Part shown: in pieces, positions 29,335 to 38,278 of the stretch | Position numbering within the stretch: the first letter of the stretch is position 1 | Layout: every line of letters starts with the position of its first letter | Assembly (NCBI GenBank): GCA_963828165.1 | Contig: CAWHDR010000001.1 | Span: forward strand, 1,088,001-1,152,000 | Direction of reading: 5' to 3' | From: an uncultured Chloroflexia bacterium | GTDB taxonomy: Bacteria > Chloroflexota > Limnocylindria > Limnocylindrales > CSP1-4 | Length of the DNA stretch: 64,000 nt | Translations under genes and position numbers: made by a program | The notes under the pieces: generated by a model | Told to the model about the DNA's origin: nothing | Database searches by the model: none | The model's input: only the letters and a program-made list of their open reading frames with translations

Positions 29335-30128
29335 CCCGCCTCGTCCGCGTCGGGGCTCGAGATCCCTTCCAGGCGAGCCCGCAGGAGCTCCGTGCCGGCT
29401 GCATCCGCGACCCGGCACGACCAGCCGCCGTCGTTCCCGCGCCAGGTGACGGCATCCACCGCCGCGCCGGACTCGGCCGCACGAGCGTACTCGAGGCGCG
29501 CGCGCCGCGGGATCGCCCGGACGTCTGTCAGCCCGCCGGCCGCGATGACCTGCTCGTCGAGCCAGTCGGCATAGACGGCGTTGTTGACGTGGTCCATCGG
29601 ATCGAGCTCCTGCGGCCGGACCGAGAACCGCGACGACCGGGCTGCCGGCGGAGGTTCCGCCAGCGGCACGCGCGCCAGGGCGAACGGCGCGTCCGGCGCC
29701 CCGAATACCGGTTGGAAGTCGAGCGGCACGCGCGTCGGGGCGCCACGCTCGTCGAGGAGCACCCAGTCGACGTGCGTCCACGCGACGAGCATGCTGGCGC
29801 CATCCACGAAATCGGTCCGTCGCCGCGCCCAGACCCGGCGCCAGCCGACGACCCGGGTCGTTCCGGTCAATCCGTCACCGACGCGGACCGGCGCCTCCAC
29901 GGCGACCTCTGCGGTTCGGGCCAGCCAGGTGAGACCCCGCTCGCGATACCAGTCGCGGTCGAAGCCACGGCTCGCGGAGTGAAACCAGGCCAGGTCCTGG
30001 GCGTAGCGCAGCAGGACGGACGTCCGCAGCAGGCCGTCGGGGCCCGCCTCGTCGAAACGGACCCGGAACGGCGCCGAGCAGGCGTCGGGCTCACCGGGCG
30101 CTCGGGTGGCTGGGTCCTCGGCCGTCAC
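29331..30128 (-). CDS. Acyl-ACP thioesterase (double hot-dog)
   Basis: FRVRFDEAGPDG, ELDPMDHVNNAVY. Confidence 0.85.
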   Translation of the reverse strand: MTAEDPATRAPGEPDACSAPFRVRFDEAGPDGLLRTSVLLRYAQDLAWFHSASRGFDRDWYRERGLTWLARTAEVAVEAPVRVGDGLTGTTRVVGWRRVWARRRTDFVDGASMLVAWTHVDWVLLDERGAPTRVPLDFQPVFGAPDAPFALARVPLAEPPPAARSSRFSVRPQELDPMDHVNNAVYADWLDEQVIAAGGLTDVRAIPRRARLEYARAAESGAAVDAVTWRGNDGGWSCRVADAAGTELLRARLEGISSPDADEAG

Positions 30129-30802
30129 GGGGCCACCGCCGCGATGCGATCGAGGGCCTCGAGCGGCACGATCGTCGTGCCGGTACGCGGCGCGTACTGA
30201 CGCTCGAGGCGCACCTCGCACGATCGCTCCGCATCGAACACCACGAGCGCCACGCGAAGTGCCTCGTCCTCGTCGGCCGCGTGACTGCGCGCGTCGTCCA
30301 GCTGGTGGAGGACGTCGTCGTTGATCCCGCGCGCCCCCCATTTGCAGTCGTAGGCCTCCGCCGCGCCTTCCCGTTCGACGGTCACGTCGTACGGATGGAC
30401 CTCCGACCGCACGCCGTCGAACAGGATCCGTCGCTCCCGCCGAACGGCCGCTTCGCCGACGCGACGCGCCAGCAGGATGGCGGTCAGCTCCTCGACGATC
30501 GCGCCGCGGAACTGGCTGCGGACCTGTTCTCCCCGCTCGGCGACCTCCAGGCTGGCGGCAAGGATGGCCTCGGAGCGCGTCCGTTCGTCGCCGGCTGGGA
30601 CGGACACGCCGAACAGCGTGGGGAACATCGCGAGCCAACCCGTGACATCGGTCGTCTCACCGTTCATCGCCGCCCGCGCCAGGACGCGCTGCGACGGGGT
30701 CGCGTCGGCGAGGAGCGTCGCCGCTCGCTTCGCGAGCGGGTCGGCCTGGATCCCCGCGTACACGATCGCGCGGCCGTCGCGCGCGGCGTCCTGGAACCTC
30801 AT
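30125..30802 (-). CDS. Hypothetical protein, possible PD-(D/E)XK nuclease fold
   Basis: GAIVEE...YDVTV...AYDCKWG. Confidence 0.65.
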   Translation of the reverse strand: MRFQDAARDGRAIVYAGIQADPLAKRAATLLADATPSQRVLARAAMNGETTDVTGWLAMFPTLFGVSVPAGDERTRSEAILAASLEVAERGEQVRSQFRGAIVEELTAILLARRVGEAAVRRERRILFDGVRSEVHPYDVTVEREGAAEAYDCKWGARGINDDVLHQLDDARSHAADEDEALRVALVVFDAERSCEVRLERQYAPRTGTTIVPLEALDRIAAVAP

Positions 30803-31101
30803 GGCGTCTCGCCGAGGGCCAGCAGGGCGACCTGCGGGAAGGTCGACAGCCAGTCGATCGCGCGGTGCGGGTCGGTGATGCGGTCGACCTCGTCGATCAA
30901 GCGGTCGATGGCGGCGTCGACGGCGGGGTCCAGGGGTGCGCTCGTCCCCGACCCGGCTGCCAGCTCGAGGCGCTCGCGCCAGGCGGACGACAGGTCATCG
31001 ACATACGACCACTCGTCCTCGACTTCCTCGGCCCGCTCGGTCAGCCGCGCATAGGCCGCAAGGGCGCGATCGATCGCCTGGTCGACAGTCGCAGATGCCA
31101 T
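30799..31101 (-). CDS. Hypothetical helical protein
   Basis: Overlapping operon arrangement; TACGCT-N6-ATG. Confidence 0.7.
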   Translation of the reverse strand: MASATVDQAIDRALAAYARLTERAEEVEDEWSYVDDLSSAWRERLELAAGSGTSAPLDPAVDAAIDRLIDEVDRITDPHRAIDWLSTFPQVALLALGETP

Positions 31102-31143
31102 GTTCGAAGCGTACGACCGGTGTGGCCGTCGCGCTCCCGAGGA

Positions 31144-31437
31144 TCAGTCCTGGACGCTCGCCGCTCGATGCCGCTGGCGACCCATCACCCGACCAAGGGT
31201 CCGTGTCCTGCCGCGTCCAAGCTTGGCCTCGGCGGCGGTCGGTCGCTCGGCGCGCCGAAGCAGGGCTTCGAGCTCCCGATGGGCCCGGTCATCCCATGAT
31301 CGGGAATAGGCTGCCGTCGCCCGTTGTCGCACGAGTCGAGCCTCGCCCCGATCCCCGGCCTCCTCGAGGAGGGCCACGCGGTCGAGGATGGCGCGGTACA
31401 GCGTCGGTAGATCCTCGGCGCGAGAGTTTGGCTCCAT
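31144..31437 (-). CDS. Hypothetical protein
   Basis: EDLPTLYRAILDRV... helical ORF within the minus-strand cluster. Confidence 0.55.
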   Translation of the reverse strand: MEPNSRAEDLPTLYRAILDRVALLEEAGDRGEARLVRQRATAAYSRSWDDRAHRELEALLRRAERPTAAEAKLGRGRTRTLGRVMGRQRHRAASVQD

Positions 31438-31510
31438 CGTGCGAAGACGATGCCGGACGATGGTCCCAACCGAAATAGCCCAGCGGTCCCACTCAGGCGA
31501 GGCGATGGGG

Positions 31511-31813
31511 TCAGTCACCCCGATGACCGCCGGCACGGATGCCGAAGTCGCGCAGGTCCCCCGTCGCACTGCTCCACGTCGCGCTGACCCGCTCGACGAG
31601 TGCGCCGGCCGGTCCGAGCTCCATCGATTCGAGCAGCGCCTCGAGGTCGTCGCGCGGGCCTTCCGCCACGCATCGCACCGATCCGTCCAATTCGTTCGCG
31701 ACCCAGCCGCTCAACCCCAGCTCCATCCCGCGGCGCAGGACGAAGTATCGAAAGCCCACGCCCTGGACCCGGCCACGGGCCGTGGCCTCGAGGCGGACCT
31801 GATCCGAGGTCAC
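31511..31813 (-). CDS. acyP: Acylphosphatase
   Basis: GRVQGVGFR, GWVAN.LDGSV. Confidence 0.92.
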   Translation of the reverse strand: MTSDQVRLEATARGRVQGVGFRYFVLRRGMELGLSGWVANELDGSVRCVAEGPRDDLEALLESMELGPAGALVERVSATWSSATGDLRDFGIRAGGHRGD

Positions 31814-32985
31814 GCGGCGGCGTCGGCCGGTCGCGGCCAGGCCAGCGCCAGGTCGTCCAGGATCAGCTCGGGCGAGACGTTCGCCACGATCAGGACCGAC
31901 GCGCGACCGAGGCGGTCGAGGAACGCATCCAGCTCGCGGGCGTCCATTCGCTGCCCGATCGCGGTCGTTTCGTCCAGCAGGCCGATGTCGCGGATGGATC
32001 GCTCGAGCCCGCGCCGGCACAACGCAAGGTCGCGCGCCGTGTCGGTCCAGAGCGCGATCAGGGCCTCGGCCGCGCGCCGGCGCTCGGCGGCCGGAGTTCT
32101 GACGCTGGTGCCACCTTCGTCGCCGGCGTCGCCGTTGGCGTCGACGCCATCGGACGCGGCGGTGCTCGTGGCTTTCACGACGACCGAGGCCGGCTCTCCT
32201 GCCCCTTCGCCCATCGCCGTGAGGGAGCCGGCACGAGCCACGGCCGCCCGCACGCCGGCCAGCCGCTCCGCCGGCCGCGCCGCGAGCAGGTCCAGCAGCG
32301 ATCGACTCAATTCATCGCGGACCCGCAGCGCCTCGGGCTGACGCGCCCAGGCCAGTGCAAGCCCTGGTCGTCCCGCGGTGATGCGGGCCAGGCGGCTCGC
32401 GAGCGGGGCGTCGGCGACCCCATGCTCGGCCAGGATGGCCTCGACGTCGCGGGTGGCGACCGGCCCGAGTCGGAGACGGGCGCAGCGCGAACGGATGGTC
32501 GGCAGCAGCGGCTCTTCGGCGTCCGCGCAGAGGATCAGCGTCACCCTGGAAGGTGGCTCCTCCAGCGTCTTGAGCAAGGCGGCCTGCGCGTCCTCGTTCA
32601 TGCGCTGGGCCGCCTCGACGATGGCCACCCGGGCCCCGCCCTCGACCGGCAGGAGCGCAAGGTCGGCGATGAGATCCCGGATCCCTCGGACACGAGCGCC
32701 GGGGCCGCCGATGACCACCTGGCGTCCCGGTCCCTCGGGACCGACCCGATGGACGTCGGGGTGGCCGCCCGAGGCGACCAACCGGCACGCGCGACACGAT
32801 CCGCAGGGGCGGTCGGCCGGATCGTCCGCGGTGCACAGCAATCCGGCGGCCAGATCCATTGCGAGCGTCGTCTTGCCGACGCCGGCGGGACCCACGAGCA
32901 GGACGGCATGGGGCGCTCCGCCACGGATCATCGAGCCGACCGCGGCGAGTGCCGCCGGCTGTCCGCGGGTCCGCGCCCCATCCAT
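31810..32985 (-). CDS. holB: DNA polymerase III subunit delta'
   Basis: GPAGVGKT, PCGSCRAC...HPDV, ALLKTLEEPP, PTIRSRC. Confidence 0.88.
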   Translation of the reverse strand: MDGARTRGQPAALAAVGSMIRGGAPHAVLLVGPAGVGKTTLAMDLAAGLLCTADDPADRPCGSCRACRLVASGGHPDVHRVGPEGPGRQVVIGGPGARVRGIRDLIADLALLPVEGGARVAIVEAAQRMNEDAQAALLKTLEEPPSRVTLILCADAEEPLLPTIRSRCARLRLGPVATRDVEAILAEHGVADAPLASRLARITAGRPGLALAWARQPEALRVRDELSRSLLDLLAARPAERLAGVRAAVARAGSLTAMGEGAGEPASVVVKATSTAASDGVDANGDAGDEGGTSVRTPAAERRRAAEALIALWTDTARDLALCRRGLERSIRDIGLLDETTAIGQRMDARELDAFLDRLGRASVLIVANVSPELILDDLALAWPRPADAAA

Positions 32986-32996
32986 CCTGGATTCGC

Positions 32997-34997
32997 TCAG
33001 GCGGGGTCGCTCGAGCTGGCTGCGGTCTTGCGAGTGGTCTTCCGCTTCGGCTTGGCCTCGGCCCCGGCGGCGTCCCCGGCTGCGCTGTCGGCGGCTGTGG
33101 CCGCGGTCTTGCGCGTGGTCCGTCGCTTGGGTGCGGGTGCTTCCGCGGATCCGGTGCCCGGATCGGTGCTGGCCGGGGCCGGCTCCGTCGCGGTTGCGCT
33201 CGTCGCCGCCTTCCGGGTGGAGCGTCGCTTCGGCGCGGCCGACTGGCCGTCCTCGGCCGGCGCGACAGCGGACGCCGTCGTCTTGCGCGTGGTCCGTCGC
33301 TTCGGCGCTGCGGCCGTCGCAGCATCCTCGATGGCGGCTTCGGCCGTGATCGCCTCGGCTGGTGCGACCGCATCGGCCGCCACCGGACGGGTCTCGCTGG
33401 GGCGGGACTCCGAGGTGCCGGGCTTCTGGCTCACCTGCGCGCGCAGCATCGCCTCGAGCTCGGGCGGGACCTCGCTCCACGGCTCGCTCGACGAGGTCGC
33501 GCGCGGCGTGGCCTCGCGGGGGCGCTCGTCACGGCGGGCGGGTCCCCGGTCCTCGCGTGGTCCGCGGCTCGGTGCGGCGTTTCCGCCCGTCCGGCCGCTG
33601 ACATCGGGGTAGCGGTTGATGCCGCCACCGCCACCGCCGCGTCCGTAGCGCTCGCGCTCGACCGCGGACTGGTACGCGGCCCGTCCGCCGCGCGGTCCCC
33701 CGCGGCCGCCCTGCGGGCTACGGGCGTTGCCGCCACGGGCCCCGCGGCGCTGCTCGGCGATGAGGTACTCGGGAATCTCCGGCTCGTCGAAATCCTCGTC
33801 GTCATCGCTGAGCGGAGTCAGGTTCGCAGAGCTCGGGGCCGCAGTCGTGCCGAGCTGCGAGTCCCACACCGATCCGAACGGAGTGGTTCGCGGGCCGCGC
33901 GGGGCCTGCGGCTCCTCCTCGATGTCGTCGGGATCCTCGTCCAGGTCGCGGGTCGGACCCGAGGCGGCCGATGAGGCCGCTGGGGCGGAACGGTCCGCGC
34001 TCGCGGGAGCGTCGATCGCCTCGTCACGCCCACGGCCACGACCGCGGCCGCGTCCCCCACGACGGCGCCGACGGCGACCCGTCTCGTCCTCGCGGAGCTC
34101 GGTACCCTCGGCATCGTCGGCTCCGGCCGACTCGACCGGCTGGGGCGATCCGTCGGTCGACACGACCGCCGGCTCACCGAGATCATCGATCGTGAAGACC
34201 TCGGCGGCCGCCAGATCCGATTCGGTGAGGTTGCCGACCGCCTTCGAGAGGCGCTCCCCGGGCAGGGCGACGAGTCCGGCGTCGCTGTCGTGAGCGGCCC
34301 CGACCCCGTTCGTGGCGACGGCTCCGGCGCGACCGCGTCCGCCGCGCGAGCGCGATGTCGTCGAGGTCACGGGCTCCGCCTCGCCGGAGCGGCCACGACC
34401 GCGCCCGCCGCGACCACGACCGCCGCGACCGAGCCCGGTGCCCTCCGTCTGCTTGTCGGGAACCTCCGTCATCGACAGGTCCGCGTCATCGTCCGCCACG
34501 CGGCGGCCGGAGCGGGAACCCTTCTCGACGCGCGCGAGCTGGGTGATGTCGGTGAACAGGTCCGCGACCTCGATGAGGTCCGATGAGGTGTTGCCGCGGA
34601 AGCTGATGACCTCGCAGCGTACGCCCATCTCCTGGACGGCACGGATCGCCGGGGCGAAGTCGCCGTCGCCCGACACGACGATCGCGATATCCAGGTTCCG
34701 GGCCGTCTTCATCATGTCGACGACGAGCTCGATATCGAGGTTGGCCTTGACCTTGCCGTCGCCGTACTTGCGGATGTCCTTGCTGACGACCTTGTACCCA
34801 TGACGGCGCAGGAAGTCGTGGAAATTGCGCTGGTTCTCGTTTTCCGGGTCCAGCCCGGTGTATGCGTAGGCACGCACGAGATCGCGCCCGGCCGAGGCCG
34901 ACTTGAGAAGCGTGACGTAATCGATGTCCACGCCGGCGGCCTTTGCCGCAAAGAAGATGTTCGCCACGTCTACGAAGACGGCGACGTTTTTGCTCAC
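32997..34997 (-). CDS. NYN (LabA/DUF88) domain protein with long disordered C-terminus
   Basis: VFVDVAN, KANLDIELVVD, VSGDGDFAP; AAGGAG RBS before GTG. Confidence 0.88.
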   Translation of the reverse strand: MSKNVAVFVDVANIFFAAKAAGVDIDYVTLLKSASAGRDLVRAYAYTGLDPENENQRNFHDFLRRHGYKVVSKDIRKYGDGKVKANLDIELVVDMMKTARNLDIAIVVSGDGDFAPAIRAVQEMGVRCEVISFRGNTSSDLIEVADLFTDITQLARVEKGSRSGRRVADDDADLSMTEVPDKQTEGTGLGRGGRGRGGRGRGRSGEAEPVTSTTSRSRGGRGRAGAVATNGVGAAHDSDAGLVALPGERLSKAVGNLTESDLAAAEVFTIDDLGEPAVVSTDGSPQPVESAGADDAEGTELREDETGRRRRRRGGRGRGRGRGRDEAIDAPASADRSAPAASSAASGPTRDLDEDPDDIEEEPQAPRGPRTTPFGSVWDSQLGTTAAPSSANLTPLSDDDEDFDEPEIPEYLIAEQRRGARGGNARSPQGGRGGPRGGRAAYQSAVERERYGRGGGGGGINRYPDVSGRTGGNAAPSRGPREDRGPARRDERPREATPRATSSSEPWSEVPPELEAMLRAQVSQKPGTSESRPSETRPVAADAVAPAEAITAEAAIEDAATAAAPKRRTTRKTTASAVAPAEDGQSAAPKRRSTRKAATSATATEPAPASTDPGTGSAEAPAPKRRTTRKTAATAADSAAGDAAGAEAKPKRKTTRKTAASSSDPA

Positions 34998-35064
34998 GAA
35001 TGACTCCTTGGTCCGATATATGGCGCTCGGCCGGCGCGATCGCGCTGCTCGGCGGAGCGTTGAG

Positions 35065-35529
35065 CTAGGTGCGGCGCGCCGTGATTCCCACCGCGGCCAC
35101 GGTTCGTTGGATGCGCGGACCGGCGAGCGCAAAACCTTGCGCCGCCCAGCGGCCCAGGGCCGCCGGATCGTCCGGGCGGACTGCCTCCACGAGGGTGCAG
35201 CCTTTGTTGCTCGCCGAGCGGATGAGGTCCTCGAGGAGGGCGTCCGTCACGCGGTCCGCGTCATGGTCGGGGTCGACGACCAGAAGGTCGATCGTGCCGA
35301 CGAAGCCGCCAGCACGTACCGAGGGCCGTAGGGCCAAGACGGCCCCACCTACGACGACACGCTGCGTCTCGGCCACGAAGATGCTGGCCTGCGGAAGGTA
35401 CACCAGCTGGCGCATGAGGTCCGCCGCATCGAGCGGGCTGGCACCACGGTCCACACGAAGGTCACCGTCGCTCAATGCGACGAGACGGTCGATATCCGTG
35501 ACACGGGCTGCTCGGATCAGGTATTCCAC
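35065..35529 (-). CDS. GNAT family acetyltransferase
   Basis: IRAARVTDI, IDLLVVDP, AQGF. Confidence 0.7.
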   Translation of the reverse strand: MEYLIRAARVTDIDRLVALSDGDLRVDRGASPLDAADLMRQLVYLPQASIFVAETQRVVVGGAVLALRPSVRAGGFVGTIDLLVVDPDHDADRVTDALLEDLIRSASNKGCTLVEAVRPDDPAALGRWAAQGFALAGPRIQRTVAAVGITARRT

Positions 35530-35945
35530 GCCGAAGGTTCGTACCTCGCAGGACGGCGACCCGTCGCCCCTCGACCTGGGTCGTTGTGACCCTGGGCCGG
35601 TACCTCCTGGCCTGCGGACCCTGCCAACGGCGAGCATGAAGCTCGCGACACGCGCGAGGCGCACGGCGGGGGTGCGGCCGACCGGTATTGCATTCAGGTC
35701 GCCGGTGGCTATGATACGGCATCGTTTCGGCGGTCACCTGCGCACCGCCCGAACACGGTCCTGCATCGCCGTCCGTCACGCACCGCCGCTCGCCCCGTCG
35801 ACGCCCTGGGAGGGCACCGTCGGTGGGACGCGAGCACGAGGGCGACGGGCGAGCCTCGCATCTCCGTTTCGGGAGCTGGCGGGAAGGCCCCGGCCGAAGG
35901 TCGCTCCGGAACCGCCGGACGATCGGACACTCAGGAGGAGAATGC

Positions 35946-37247
35946 ATGAAGCTCACCAAGGTCGGAGCCGTCGCCGCGAGTGCGGTGTTCGTCTTCGCCG
36001 CTTGCTCACCGGCCCCGGCTGGGTCTGCTGCTGCCCCTAGTGGCAGTGGAGGCGCCGCCGCACAGCCGGAGGTCTGCAAGAACAAGAAGGGCACGAGCAG
36101 CAACGAGATCCACGTGTACTCGTCGTTGCCGCGTCAGGGTTCGAACACGGCCCAGACGAACGCCCTCGTCGAGTCGATCAAGGAGATCCTTGACGGCAAG
36201 ACGGTCGGTTCATTCACGATCAAGTACACGGACCTCGACGACTCTTCGGCCGCCAACAATGGCGACTGGGACGGCGCCGTGGCCCAGCAGAACGCGACGA
36301 CCGCGGCCAACGACCCCGACGCGATGGTCTTCATCGGCCACTTCAACTCGGGTGCGGCCAAGCTCACGATCCCGATCCTCAATGCCGCCTGCCTCGTCAT
36401 GATCAGCCCCGCGAACACGTATCCGGGCCTGACCACGGCGGTCGAGGGCGTCACGGAGCCGGGCGAGCCGGATAGCTACTATCCGAACGGCTATCGCAAC
36501 TACTCGCGCGTCATCTCGACGGACAACAAGCAGGGTGGAGCCGGCGCGGCCTGGGCCAAGGAGCTCGGCGCCACGAAGGCCTACGTCCTCGACGACACCC
36601 AGGTCTACGGCAAGGGCCTTGCACGATCGTGGGCACTGTCCGCGAACGAGCTCGGCATCGAGGTCGTCAGCGCGAACGGCACGAGCGAAGGCTTCGACGC
36701 CAAGGCGACGGACTACGCCGCCCTGGCCCAGAAGGTCAAGGACTCGGGTGCCGACTTCGTCTACATCGGATCCATCACGGGCCAGAACACGGGCAAGCTC
36801 TGGAAGGACCTTCGGGCCGCCATGCCTGACATGAAGATCATGTCCGGCGACGGCGTGTTCGAGGAGTCGTGGTACGAGGGCACAGGCGAGGCTGGCAACA
36901 GCACCTACCTCACCTTCGGCGGCGTCGGTCCGAACGAGCAGACCTCGGACGCCGGCAAGAAGTGGGTCGCCGACTACAAGGCGGCGCACGACGGCGACGA
37001 TCCGCCCGTCTACGGCATCTACGGTGCGGCCGCGGCCCAGCTCGCGCTGGACGCCCTCACCCGAGCCGGGACCAACGACCGCTACGAGGTCCTGAAGAAC
37101 GTCTTCTCGACCACGGACTTCGCGTCGTACCTCGGCACGTTCTCCATCAAGCCGGACGGCGACACGACGCTGGCCGAGGCGACCGGTTATCAGGTCGTCG
37201 ACAGCTGGCCGCCGAAGTTCGAGAAGGTGCTCGCCGCGCCCGAGTGA
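35946..37247 (+). CDS. livK: Branched-chain amino acid ABC transporter substrate-binding lipoprotein
   Basis: Lipobox FAAC, GHFNSG, ISPANTYPGLT, YGKGLA. Confidence 0.88.
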   Translation: MKLTKVGAVAASAVFVFAACSPAPAGSAAAPSGSGGAAAQPEVCKNKKGTSSNEIHVYSSLPRQGSNTAQTNALVESIKEILDGKTVGSFTIKYTDLDDSSAANNGDWDGAVAQQNATTAANDPDAMVFIGHFNSGAAKLTIPILNAACLVMISPANTYPGLTTAVEGVTEPGEPDSYYPNGYRNYSRVISTDNKQGGAGAAWAKELGATKAYVLDDTQVYGKGLARSWALSANELGIEVVSANGTSEGFDAKATDYAALAQKVKDSGADFVYIGSITGQNTGKLWKDLRAAMPDMKIMSGDGVFEESWYEGTGEAGNSTYLTFGGVGPNEQTSDAGKKWVADYKAAHDGDDPPVYGIYGAAAAQLALDALTRAGTNDRYEVLKNVFSTTDFASYLGTFSIKPDGDTTLAEATGYQVVDSWPPKFEKVLAAPE

Positions 37248-37272
37248 GGCAGGCGACAACGCCGTAACAGAA

Positions 37273-37308
37273 CGGCGGGGGCGGACCACCAGGTCCGCCC
37301 CCGCTGTC
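37273..37308 (+). terminator. Intercistronic GC hairpin
   Basis: GGGGGCGGACC-ACCA-GGTCCGCCCCC after the SBP gene; no U tract. Confidence 0.5.
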
Positions 37309-37345
37309 TATCCCACCGGAACTGCCACGGAGAACTGACCGCTCC

Positions 37346-38278
37346 ATGGACGACCAGCTCATCCAGACGATCATCATCGGTCTCTCCAACGGCCTCATCT
37401 ACGCCCTCGTGGCCCTCGGCTACACCCTCGTCTACGGGATCCTCCAGCTGATCAACTTCGCCCACGGCGACGTGTTCATGCTCGGCTCGATGATCGCGTT
37501 GACGCTGCTCCAGATCTTCGGTGTGGTGCCTGGACTCGACCTCCTGACCACGGTCGCCCTGATCTTCGCCGTGCTCGTCATCACGATGGCCATCACGGCG
37601 CTGCTGAACGTCTCGATCGAACGCGTCGCCTATCGACCGTTGCGCAACGCGCCCAAGCTCGCGCCGCTGATCTCGGCGATCGGCATGAGCTTCATCCTCC
37701 AGAACGTCGGCCTGCTCTGGAAGGGCCCCGCCAACCTGGGCTATCCGGACGTCATCCCGAACACGAACATCCTGACCTCGGTCCTTGGCCTGGACACGGC
37801 CATCGAGTTCTCGTTCAAGCAGTTCTTCGTCGCCATCATCACGATCCCGCTCCTGCTGGTCCTGATGTGGTTCGTCGGCAAGACGCGCCAGGGCAAGGCG
37901 ATGCGCGCGACGGCCCAGGATCCGGACACCGCCGGACTGATGGGCATCGACGTCAACCGGACGATCGCGATCACGTTCATCATCGCGGGTGCGCTCGCGG
38001 GCGCCGCCGGCCTCGTCCAGATCCTCTACAACAACACGACCGTGTGGAACCTGGGCTTCCGATTCGGGCTGAACGCCTTCACGTCCGCCGTGCTGGGCGG
38101 CATCGGCAACCTCCAGGGGGCCGTGCTGGGCGGGATCGTGCTGGGCCTCATCAACGCGTTCAGTGACCGCTATCTGTCGGCTCAATGGACGAACGCCATC
38201 GTCTTCGGCGTGCTGATCGCCGTCCTGGTGTTCCGCCCGACGGGCCTCCTCGGCCAGCAGCTGGCGGACCGGGCATGA
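37346..38278 (+). CDS. livH: BCAA ABC permease
   Basis: YALVALGYTLVYGILQLINFAHG, AVLGGIG. Confidence 0.93.
   Translation: MDDQLIQTIIIGLSNGLIYALVALGYTLVYGILQLINFAHGDVFMLGSMIALTLLQIFGVVPGLDLLTTVALIFAVLVITMAITALLNVSIERVAYRPLRNAPKLAPLISAIGMSFILQNVGLLWKGPANLGYPDVIPNTNILTSVLGLDTAIEFSFKQFFVAIITIPLLLVLMWFVGKTRQGKAMRATAQDPDTAGLMGIDVNRTIAITFIIAGALAGAAGLVQILYNNTTVWNLGFRFGLNAFTSAVLGGIGNLQGAVLGGIVLGLINAFSDRYLSAQWTNAIVFGVLIAVLVFRPTGLLGQQLADRA

Noticed and set aside
33000-33320. DNA tandem repeats
   Set aside because: They encode the PKRRTTRK peptide repeats of the NYN tail and are not an independent element
35821-35835. GGTGGGACGCG as a T-box in the liv leader
   Set aside because: Lacks the UGGNACC bulge; no specifier stem or terminator recognisable
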